From positions 143,282,001-143,346,000 of the forward strand of contig OX597814.1 of NCBI GenBank assembly GCA_951406725.2: a stretch of DNA of 64,000 nucleotides, in the 5' to 3' direction. The notes below the pieces were generated by a model. That model worked only from the letters and a program-made list of their open reading frames with translations, did no database searches and was not told the origin of the DNA. This document shows, piece after piece, positions 39,004 through 50,855 of the stretch. A program made the translations under genes and the position numbers. Every line of letters starts with the position of its first letter. The first letter of the stretch is position 1. Source of the stretch: Octopus vulgaris. Taxonomy: Eukaryota.

Positions 39004-40486
39004 GTTTCGTAAAAAATCGGATTAAGCCTTTTGGCAGCTTGGCTGATTTGGGCAAATTGGTGGGAGGTAAAATAAATAAATATATATATAGGTCAATAAT
39101 TATTTTAAAAAAATTGTTAGCTGTATGCATTCAGTAAACACGCATTTAATAGGTACATATATCCATTAGCTACATTTTAATAATTAACTATTAACGACAC
39201 ATACTCACGAGTTTCGATTAAGTAATCAATCTGTCAGGTTACATTGCTCTCGAATGGCGTTCTAAGAAATAGTATCAGTTTTCAAACATGAGGTCATTTC
39301 AGGATTCTGACCTGGTGAGACGCATCAGATTTCTTATCTCAGTGAAACAAGCCCACTCTTCCCATGAATATCAGCTTATGTTTAGTTTAAAGCTTTAGCC
39401 ACAATCTTTACTCTCGCGGCTGGTTGTTCGAACTGCTAGAAACAGCAGCCAATGTTTCTTCATTACACACTTTGTCATCTTAAGCCAGTAAAGAGGCAGT
39501 GTGGTAACGACTGGTGTTCATATTCTGCAATGGCTTAAACAGTAGAAAAGCAAAACCCCTCTGAGAATCCTTAACTGCTGAGATAAAAGGAAGAAGTTAC
39601 CTTTAAGCTAATATCGTGTCTTCAAAGCTAGCAACATAATAGATCCCTGCAAAAGTAACCTAAGGGTCAGTTTATGGCCTTTAGGTTCATTTAAACTAGC
39701 TAATGTATTGCATCTATTATCCAAGACCAGGGACAATTTCTTCAACGAGCTTCCACATCACTTCCGTCTACTCAGACGGCTCTGATCAACCCAACACTAA
39801 TAGAATAAACTACCTTCTAATAAACAACCACACTGCTGGGCAGTGAGATTCAACAGAAACTGACGTAGTTGCCTAGTGAACTTACTACTCACACAGCATG
39901 TCTGCAATTGTAAGGTCCTCATATTAATCATCGCTCATTTCGATCAACATTGACTTCAGATTAAAAACAATAATATGTGTACGTAGTAACGAGTCAACAA
40001 ATGAAGCGGCCCGTTAGAAACAGCAGCTAAATCACCCTCAAATAACACTTTACAGTCTTGAGAAAAGAAAGAACTCAAAGGGATTATAAACTGCAGTTCT
40101 ATATATGCTATGTCTGGAAAACAAAAGTTGACCAGATTGTCAAGGCATGCATGCCTTTGATCATAAGTCTGATTGGGCAGGGTTAACCTGTGGCTATTCA
40201 CAAATTGTCTCTGATCACTTTAGACCAACAAGATAAAAAAGCCCTGACGGTTATATGCTTTATCGTTACATATTACTAACCCAACGTGGAAGCTTCCACA
40301 CAGAGCCGCTCGACTTGCTACAAAAGGCAGTAAAATTTTTCTTAAATCATACACCAACATCTAAAGAGAGAAAACATAAGAAAAGAAAGAAAAATCAACT
40401 ACGGCAGGCTCACACCAATTGTCTGCTGGATCGAGGCCGACCAGGAATTAAACACCACCACAACCACGACCATGACGACGACGACC

Positions 40487-40518
<32 letters not shown>

Positions 40519-40879
40519 CAACTGGCACGTTAGGATCAATAGGGAGCTTCTACGCCATCGCATAATCTGTTTGACATAGCAATCAGACAATTCTCAAATC
40601 CTATTCTCAAGTCTTAAAATAAAGTTTAGAAAAATACATTGGGTAATATAATTCCGAAAACGAACGGATGGTCACAACTGGAACGCTATATGAGTGACTT
40701 AGGATTAAACAACAACAAGACCACTATACACCAGAGGTTACTAGGTTCAATTCAGCAACAGGGATGCATTATTCAAACTTTCATGGTCGTCATAACTTCA
40801 AACAATAAGTTAAATTTGTGATGAAGTTATCTTGGGTTCGACTCGGCTGCACGAATCGAACGCAATACCCTTGGATCGA

Positions 40880-40931
<52 letters not shown>

Positions 40932-40944
40932 GTGATCTTTTAAA

Positions 40945-41178
40945 GCCTAACCTGGCTCATGGGCCCGGTTTCCCGGTTTCAAAGGTGTATGTGTCCCCCA
41001 GCTGGACGGGACGCCAGTCCATCGTAGCGTTACTCATTTTTGCCAGCTGAGTGGACTGGGGCAACGTGAAATGAAGTGTTTTGCTCAAGAACACAAGGCG
41101 TCGCGCGGTCCAGGTATCGAAACCACAATCTTACGATCATGATGCTGACACCCTAACCACTAAGCCACGTGCCTCCAC
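40945..41178 (-). mobile_element. SINE C-related element with a different 3' tail
   Basis: Shares the head and cagctgagtggactgg..gcaacgtgaaat..ttgctcaagaacac segment with family C, then diverges. Confidence 0.75.
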
Positions 41179-41387
41179 ATCGATAAAATATATGTATATA
41201 AAATTCCCTTTCATGAAAACTGTACGCTGGATAGCGCTTTTTGGATGGAAAAATATATATGTACCCAGTGTAACGACTTCAATCTAATCCTGCCATTTCA
41301 AGTTATATCCCGGTGATCGGAAATCGATTTTACACTCACCTCATAAACCGGGGTTACCTGAACCTGGATTTATATACCTTTGCGCTC

Positions 41388-41450
41388 GCTACTGCTGCTG
41401 CTGCTACTACATTCGCTGCGATCATCATCTTGGGTACTACTACTACTTGG

Positions 41451-41505
<55 letters not shown>

Positions 41506-41680
41506 CAGCAGTAGTAGTGGTGGTGGTGGTGAAGGTGGTCGTTTTGGTCGTGAAGGTGATAATGGTGATTGTTGTAGTAATAGCAGCAGCAGTAGCAGTA
41601 GCAGTAGCAGTAGTAGTAGTAGTAGTAGGAGGAAGAGGAGGGGGAGGGGGGAGGAGGAGGAGGAGCAGCAGCAGCTGCTG
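41388..41680. repeat. Compound trinucleotide repeat (TAG/TGG/CAG/GAG)
   Basis: Direct reading. Similar trinucleotide blocks at 8470-8760, 9645-9720, 43898-44060 and 62681-62870. Confidence 0.9.
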
Positions 41681-42145
41681 CAGCGTGTTACGATGAACAA
41701 GTATCTTCAATTATATTCCAGGGTAACCCAACTGTTAGACGGAAACTGTGTGGAAGCAAGTCGCATATATGTGTGCGTGTGCGTCCTTGTGTTTTTGTTT
41801 GTCCTTACCTCCATTGTTTGACAATCGGTATTTGTTTGTCTACATCTGCTTATGTATCCGTAACATTAGCGGTTCAGCATAAGACACTGACAGCATAAGT
41901 AAACAGACTTAAAAATATGTACTGGAGTCGACTTTATTCGACTTCAACCATTCAAGGCGTTGCCACAGCATGACCGCAGTCCAATGACTGTAACAAGTAA
42001 AAGATGAAAGAAATGTCTACGAAATACCTCATATGGATGAATCGTGGGCCCGTCATAAACGATGTGATCAGCGATCATCATGTATTTCGGGTCTGTCGAA
42101 CGCCAAACATACTCGACGAAGGTAAAGAATGCGCACACTCCCTGT

Positions 42146-42243
42146 TTAGGGTTAGGGTTAGCGTTTAGGGTTAGCGTTTAGGGTTTAGGGTTAGGGTTAG
42201 AGTTTTGGGTTAGGGCTAGGGTTTAGCGTTAGGGTTAGGGTTA
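42146..42243 (+). repeat. Interstitial degenerate telomeric repeat (TTAGGG)n
   Basis: About 15 ttaggg/ttagcg/tttaggg units. Confidence 0.9.
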
Positions 42244-42659
42244 CGCCGAAAACGGGTGATGTGCGTATTCTTTAGCTCCGCCACATGCTCACCCTAGTAA
42301 CCCATCTGAGGTTGATTAGACCCCGGTTTGTGTCCTACGCCTTTAAACCCCAAACCATCCGGTGGCTTTCTCTGTAGCTTCATTTACAGACTAAATGGCC
42401 TTCAATCAACATCTCATAGTTGAAGTTCCATGTGTATTACATCTGTTCGTTATCGTTCCTGCTTAACACCAGGTAAGCCTTCCTTGCGCATTCCTAGGGG
42501 AAAAGTCGTTTAAAGTATGACTAGCAAAATCCTTTAGTGTAATAATGCTATTTTTTTTTCTGATGTCACCTTACCTCACTGATGTTTTTTTTTAAAGACA
42601 GTACTATACTCGATGTTCCAAAGGTGGTTTACCTGCCGTTTCTCCTTAGTCGAACAAAG

Positions 42660-42990
42660 CCGTATTTCGTCTGCCGTTACGTTCTGAGTTCAAATTCCGC
42701 CGAGGTCGACTTTGCCTTTCATCCTTTCTGGGTCGATTAAATAAGTACCAGTTACGCACTGGGATTCATATAATCGACTTCATTCATTTGTCTGTCCTTG
42801 TTTGTCTCTTCTGTGTTTAGCCCCTTGTGGGTAGTAAAGAAATAGGCATTTCGTCTGTCTTTATGTTCTGAGTTGAAATTCCGCCGAGGTCGACTTTGCC
42901 CTTCATCCTTTCGGGGTCGATAAATTAAGTACCAGTTACGTACTGGAGTCGATGTAATCGACTGGCCTCTTTCCCACAAAATGTTCAATT
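42660..42990 (+). mobile_element. SINE A dimer
   Basis: Two units joined at aaagaaatag|gcatttcgtc (about 42845). Confidence 0.88.
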
Positions 42991-43526
42991 TCATGTAAAT
43001 ACATGTACATCAATACATGTACGTCAGTATATGTACTTAATATATATATATATAACAGATACGTATGTACATGCAGGCAAGCAGACGCACACACGCAAGC
43101 ATACAAACATACACATACACACGCTAACATACATACATACATACATACATACATACATACATAAATATATACATTCGTCTATATATTTATGAATACTGAG
43201 AGAGAAAGGTATAAATTAGTCCAAATTCCGTTTCTAATTGGGTTTTTCAACTGTAACAAACCCTCGACTTAAACATCAGTGACAACTTTCCCCTATTTAT
43301 CCTACCATATTAAAAAAACAGATTTTTTAAATGATTTGAAAGAGAATTGATGCTATTTCTAACAGGTCGATTGACTGCGCAGATGTTGTCTCACTGGCTA
43401 TCACTAAGTAATATACAGATGTATGTATGTATGTATGTATGTATGTATGTATGTATGTATGTATGTATGTATGTATGTATGTATGTATGATGTACGTACG
43501 TACGTACGTATGTATGTATGTATCTA

Positions 43527-43561
<35 letters not shown>

Positions 43562-43562
43562 A

Positions 43563-43593
<31 letters not shown>

Positions 43594-43596
43594 GCC

Positions 43597-43717
<121 letters not shown>

Positions 43718-43896
43718 GTATGTATACATGTATATGTATATATATATGCATATATATGTATATATGTAAATATATTCATATATGTATAGATGCATGCATA
43801 TGTAAGTAATCAATAATGTAATAGGTAATGATGTTGATGGTAGTGGTTGTGATGGTGTCGGTGGTAATGCTGACGCAAGTGGTGATCTTGATAGTG

Positions 43897-43948
<52 letters not shown>

Positions 43949-44013
43949 AACGGAAGCGGCATCGTCGTCGACGACGACGACGTAGACGGCGATGCTGTTG
44001 CTGCTTCTGCTGT

Positions 44014-44055
<42 letters not shown>

Positions 44056-44387
44056 CGATGGTGGTGAGAAAGATGACAGTAAGAGTTAGTAGGCGGAAGA
44101 TGTGTATGGTGACAGAAAATTTCTCCTATAAAAGAGTTTCAGTTAGCCACACAAGCGGTTTTGCTGTTTTCAAAATCGATAATATTGTCTAGACGAATGT
44201 TTATGTTAAAGTTTATTGACAAGTTCCAATCAATAGGTTTGAAAAAAGAAAGAAAGAAAGAAAGACAGATAGATAGAAAGGAAGATAGGAAGGAAGGAAG
44301 AAAGGAAGAAAGGAAGAAAGGAAGAAAGGTAGTATTAAAATTCATTTGTTAAAAAACGTTATATTATAACAACATCTTGCTTGGATA

Positions 44388-44414
44388 TGTATGTATGTGT
44401 GTGTGTGAGTGTGT

Positions 44415-44460
<46 letters not shown>

Positions 44461-44586
44461 TTTTACACATACATATATTTATATATGAATGTACGTACGT
44501 ACATGTGTTTGTATATATATATATATATATACATATACTCATCTATTTATATGCATGTATGTATATAACTATGGAAGTATACAGAC

Positions 44587-44624
<38 letters not shown>

Positions 44625-44672
44625 ATATATATATTTATATATGTATATGGATGTATACATATATATGTATAC

Positions 44673-44716
<44 letters not shown>

Positions 44717-44872
44717 ATGTATATATATGTGTATATATATGTATATGGATGTATATATATATGTATACAGGTATATATATATAAGTATATATATGTGTAT
44801 ATATATGTATATGGATGTATATATATATGTATATATTATATATATATATGTATATATATATATGTATATAAG

Positions 44873-44946
<74 letters not shown>

Positions 44947-45025
44947 CATATATATATTTATATATACATATATACAGACACAGACACACGCACGCACGCA
45001 CACACACACACACACATACGTGCGT
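44388..45025. repeat. Compound TA-rich micro/minisatellite with recurring tatggatgta and tacaggtata units
   Basis: Direct reading, with higher-order units at 44645, 44744 and 44811. Confidence 0.9.
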
Positions 45026-46818
45026 GTAAACAGAAATATACGTATCCGTATAATGTTTACGCGGTCATATTGTCTATGTTAGTAATATTTTCGTTAGTAT
45101 TAATATAATTCTATTTATATTCCTATCGCTGTCTATTTCCTTTCAATTAATCTGAATCTTTCTTCGCCGATACAGTTAGTTATGTTTCTATTGATTTTTT
45201 TTTTTCTTTTTTAAATTTCGGTTGTTATTTTTTGTTATTTATCATACGCTTCTTTCTTGATTATTTTTGCAATGATTTTTGTTAGCATTGATAGTTTTAT
45301 AGTTCTTAAGTCTTAGCTTTCAGTTATATAACTCCATTGACATCTAGTGTCGGCTTACAAGGAATATAAAATCCACCCGAGTATTATTCAGGTCTGAACT
45401 CAACTCGTTGCTTCGACGAATGAGAGTTCGGTAAGATTCAGTTGCAGAATGTTCTTAGTTCACAAGATCTCTTTAGCTTGGCCGCCTGTGAATAGGGTCA
45501 AGGGTGAAGACATCCGGCACCATCCTCTCTTTGTCTCCGTCGCCTCTTATCCTAGCGTCACTGCCCTTATAAAGAAAGTATGATAGAAGTGGTATTGGTA
45601 TCTTGTTTTACTGGATGACCTAGATGACGAATATTATAGAAGGCAGAGCAAGTGCAGAGCTAGTACCACTCTCTTGTCCTTCAAATGTATTGATTGACCT
45701 AATGTAACAAGTACTACAGCCTAGTAGTTATAAGGGTGTGAATTTTGTATAGAGTTACCTTCTCTTAGATGCACAGCGAAAGAGCTGAAGGGCCTCATTT
45801 TTCCCTGTGTCTGCTAGGGTGGCTATGGGTGGAATTCTTCCAAAGGAAATTCCGTGACATACAAATTTACCCACGGCTGAAACCCTGACAAGTGCTATTA
45901 CTCCGGATCAGGGTAACTCTTGGAACAATGGTAGTTAAGAAGTTGTTCCACACTCCTCAAAACTCCGGAGCTCCCTAGCTAGAGTTACACTACAAGAGAT
46001 CAGTTTAATGTCATACCTAGGACACTTTCTCACATTTATCAAGTACTTTACTTTTGTTACTTATTCCATCGCAGCGGTTACCAGCTTTATTTTCTCAAAG
46101 AAACCCTTATATCTTTTTTTACCAAAACTCACAGAACCCACACCTACGTTTTATGGGGCAACTTCTCGCACTCTGCCATCCAAGTGATAAGGTATTAAAT
46201 AAAACCAAAGTTTGTTTTAAAAAGAGAAAGAACTTATTCACGTGGGAAATTTTCACTGGGGACTGTTGTTGAATTTATTCTCGTTATTTTGAAAATGATG
46301 AGTACCACTTTTTATGAAATAAACTAAAATTTTATTAAATAAATTTTATAAAAAATCACTCTGTCGCGGAATCTTGATTTTTTTACGAGACACGGAGGCC
46401 ATTTTTGTGTAGCACTAACTGATTTAGAGTGCTTTAGTTTTAGTAAAAGTTACGTAACACAAACTGTAGAATCGGCTGACGTATCAAGTCTCCCACCCTA
46501 CTTGACGATGGCAAGTGAGAGGAACGACATTCTTACAGATCCACCAAGCCAACACCATCTGTATTGATATTTCTCTGTCGATGCCACAAAAAGGATGAAA
46601 GACAAAATTGATCTCAGAGAGCAGAGATATTGGAGCAAATAACGCAGCGTTTCTAGTCCAACTTTCTAAAGTGTCTGCCAATACACTTCACTTAAAGAGA
46701 TTGATGAAATAAGTACTAGGCTTAAAAAGTAAGTCCTAGGGCCGATTCATTCCACTAAACCCTTCAAGGCAGTGCTCCACAGTCAAATCACTGAAACAAT
46801 TAAAATAAAAATTATATA

Positions 46819-48000
46819 TTGGGTTGGCAACTAAGTTCCTGCCGTTTTTTAAAATTTTGGAATTTATTGCGTTTTCAAAATTTGAAATCAATTTTTTTCG
46901 AGAATTCTATTTTTACATCATTTTGGAATCTATTTTTTCCCTAGTTAATTTTAGTTAATTTTTGTTTATTTTCAGATCATTAAAATGGAATGTCAAGTTA
47001 AGAAAAACGAGCATTTTCGAGACACCTCTATCTTTTTGCTTTTAATCAAGGTTCTAAGGCCACCAAAGCTGCTCGCGACATTTGTGTGGTGTATGGAGAG
47101 GGTGCCATAGCTGAAAGAACCGCTCGTGATTGGTATACCAAGTTCGAAAATGAAAATTTTGACTTCAGAGACGCACCTCGTTCTGGCCGTCCAGTTGAGT
47201 TCGATGAAGAGCGATTAAACCAACTTTTGCACGAAAATTCTCGTCACACGACAAGGGAACTGGCAGAGAAAATGGAATGCTCCCACACTGCCATTGAGAA
47301 GCATCTCCACTCGGTGGGAAACTCTGCTGGTTTGCTTGCTCGTCACCGCTCAACTTATGGACACAAGCAACGATTTCTTTACCGAATCGTTACTGGCGAC
47401 GAAGAATGGTGCCTGTACATCAAAATGAAGCAGCGTAAGGAATGGCTTAGCCCCGATAAACAAACAACACCGTGCGCGAAACAAGATCTTCATCCGCGTA
47501 AAATGATATTGTGCGTATGGTGGGACTGGGAAGGGATTATCCAATACGAATTGCTTGAACGGAACCAAACGGTCGACGCAGAACTCTATGTTCAACTGAT
47601 GGAACGACTCAACACGGCTATTCAAGAGAAAAGTCCTAGTCGGCAGCATGGAGTTCTGCTGCACGAGAACGCCCGCCCTCATATCGCCAATATGACCAAG
47701 GAAGCCATTCAAACGCATGGCTGGGTAGTGCTACCATACCCGCCGAACTCTCCTGATTTGGCACCACCGGATTTCCACCTCTTTCGATCTCTTTCAAATG
47801 CTATGCATGGAGTTTCGTTTAATACTGATGCAAAATTGAGAGCTTAGTTAGATCAATTTTTCGAGAATCCTGTTGAACGTTGGGAAGCAGTTGTAAACAA
47901 CAAGGGTGAATATATTATTGGTTAATTAGGTTTTATTTTTTATTAAAACTTTTAAGAAGTTTAAATTTAAAAAACGGCGGGAAATTAGTTACCAACCCAA
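46819..48000 (+). mobile_element. Mariner DNA transposon (mellifera-subfamily-like), near full length, defective
   Basis: 35-bp TIRs: ttgggttggcaactaagttcctgccgttttttaaa at 46819 and its reverse complement with 3 mismatches ending at 48000. TA dinucleotides flank both ends. The interior encodes a mariner transposase. Confidence 0.95.
46985..47847 (+). pseudogene. Mariner transposase pseudogene
   Basis: ATG at 46985 (MECQVKKNEHFR), frameshift near 47020-47035, then ORF 47086-47847 with HTH (DAPRSGRP..TTRELA), TGDEEW, LHENARPH (catalytic D changed to E) and NSPDLAPPD (YSPDLAPSD motif). The WVPHEL linker is deleted and there is a premature TAG at 47845-47847. Confidence 0.93.
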
Positions 48001-48116
48001 TATATATATAAATATATATATATAAAGAATTTAGATAATCCTATCAGGTGGCGCTATTAAGTTAGACATTGCCTGGACCGATCTTTGGTCGAAACGTCTA
48101 AGTATTATCTAAGTTT

Positions 48117-48333
<217 letters not shown>

Positions 48334-50066
48334 GAATGTTTTCAGAACGGTGGAACATAGGACAAATTTAATTCTTTCACAATCACTAAAAGAAAGTTTA
48401 GTCATGATTTGAAATTCCATTCAATCGACCAAACTATTTTGCTGAAAATTAATTACCATATTTCCAAGGAAAAGTGTCATTGACATTGAAATTATCGCAC
48501 TGAAAACTGCATGCCTGAATTTGTTTTTGTCTCATATATAACTGACGTGTAATAATTCCGAACAGAACCTTCTTTTACGTGCAGTTAAGTATTGTGCTTC
48601 AAATACTTGGGGGACTCTTTTTTATGTCACCATCTGACGTTCTGTTGTCCTTTTGTCCCAAGGTAACTATGACTGAGCAGAAGGCAGACCTGCTGTGATC
48701 ATCTCATCTTTTTGCTGATGTGTTGTGCCACTGCATGTAATGTGCCCTTTTTTTAAATTTAAAATGTATGACTTGATAGTGATTTCGCCGGATTTCTTGC
48801 TGATCATGCAACCACGTAGAGGTGTTCCATTGTTAGGTCATTATGTATGAGGGATGTCAACAACATTAACCGATGAAGACGGATGAAGACAACATAAAAA
48901 CACCCCCATCTCTTGTAAAGTTGAATATCTGCATGTCAGCTGCTCGCCTTCTTTTCTGTTAAATATTCATTCGTCGTATTTCGCTTCTGTACTTTTTTTC
49001 TTTAGAGTAAGATCAATATGATCGATAGTTCATGGAAGATGTGAAGTTTATTTACTTTTTATGAATAGAAGAGTGATGAAAACCAATGGCGCCCTCAGCA
49101 AGAATTAAACAAATATAGCAACGCATTCAAGCATTTAGTTTCTTCATTTCACCATTGTGTCATTCTAATTCTACTCACAATAAGAAGGGAAAATAATGAT
49201 AATATGCTATGGCAGGAGAAAAAGTATGTCCAGAAATTGTCGAAATATTCTCGATCTGAAATCCATCAACTTTTATTTCCCTGCTTCAATTCTTTTCACC
49301 ATTAAACCAAATTTGGTCTCCTCCACAGTTCTTTATCTCCTTTTCCCTACCAATTATTCCTTCTCTTTATTTTGTTCACAATTGCTAATCTGCGCCCAAA
49401 GCGACAGCACTTCTCTAAATTTCTCACTGTTGATGAAGAAATATATTCGAAACGTTAAGATAATTTATTTTTTTATAGGAACTGAACTTGTTGAACTTTT
49501 CTATGAACTGTGTTTTTCTATGACAGTTATGACAAGAGAATAGAAAATGGTGTATATTTCTGATGGATGAAGTCCAGATTGTTGCTTATTCTCTTTCTCG
49601 CACAATTAATACCGTTGAGAATGCTATGTTAAAGCTTCCATTTTTCTTTCCAGTGAAATCAATACTTCTCCTCATTAATTGTCAATATGCGAAGGATAAA
49701 TAATTATTATGTAAGATTTCTGAAATTAATCAAGTGTAATCTAAGTGCATTTATTTCAGTACAAATCAATTTTATTTGAAATATAGCAGTTCTCAGTAAC
49801 ACGGGAGTGTTCTACATAACAATCGTAACCAGCTCATGGTCTCAGCTCACCAGAAGGAAGCAATAAAAATAATATCGATTTCTTTGGACAATGACCAACA
49901 TCAATCTCCCAAGAAATTAGTAGTCAATCGAATTGATCCATTATAACTATTACATAAATGGCACTGGTATTACTTTAAACAAGTTATGATCAACAGAGAA
50001 CGAAGGCACCGATAGTGGTCTACGTCGACCAAATTTATTCAGGGAAATTCACAAGTTCCTTTAGCG

Positions 50067-50386
50067 CAGTGGTTCTCAACTGGGGTCCGAATAAACCTCG
50101 GGGGGCCCATATGAACCTTGGGAGCCCCTATGAACCTTTGGGGTCTATATGACACTTGGGAGTCTATTTAGCCCTTGGGGGGTCAATATAGACTTTGTTT
50201 TTTAAAATTGTGCGCAATAAATTGGTTACACTTTTACAATACACAAAATATGTTAACTATTTTTCATACAATTCCTAATATTCGAATTATAAAAATATTT
50301 TTAAAATATCGAATAGCCGTAGGAATCAACCCGAGTAAAATAGAAATCAGAGTGGTCCATGGGTAAAAAATGTTTGAGAACCACTC
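50067..50386. mobile_element. hAT (Charlie-like) MITE with ~20-bp subterminal tandem repeats
   Basis: cagtggttctcaa ... ttgagaaccact termini, with atatgaaccttgggg-like units at 50090-50180. Confidence 0.8.
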
Positions 50387-50624
50387 GTTTGGCGTAATGA
50401 GAAGAAGAATCTGACCGTTCGAGACTAACCTTTGCGCCTGAGAAGAAGAAAGTATTTCCATTTTCTCTTTCAAACAGCACGTCAGTCTCGAAATCTTACA
50501 TTCTTATTTATTCTACGTCACAATAACTTATCCAACCTCATGAGCTTAGGTTATCAGTCACAGAGGCGCAAACAGTAAACCATTCCTAATGAATTTGTAA
50601 ACTGAAAATAGAATTTAGTGTGGA

Positions 50625-50855
50625 TGGCGAGCTGGCAGAAACGCTAGCACGCCGGGCGAAATGCTTAACGGTATTTCGTCTGCCGTTACATTCTGAGTTC
50701 AAATTCCGCCGAGGTCGACTTTGCCTTTCATCCTTTCGGGGTCGATTAAATAAGTGCCAGTTACGCACTGGGTCAATGTAATCGACTTAATACCTATGTC
50801 TGTCCTTGTTTGTCCCCTCTGTGTTTAGCCCCTTGTGGGTAATAAAGAAATAGGT
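50625..50855 (+). mobile_element. SINE A, full length
   Basis: ggcgagctggcagaaacg (A-box), gagttcaaattc (B-box), ending taaagaaatagg. Confidence 0.9.

Noticed and set aside
41313-41821. Poly-Ser/Thr/Val/His ORFs (also 8521-8736 and 62588-62919)
   Set aside because: Trinucleotide repeats that are open in several frames, with no splice or domain support.
42146-42243. True telomere or chromosome fusion site
   Set aside because: Short, degenerate, in a single orientation and enclosed by inverted repeats.
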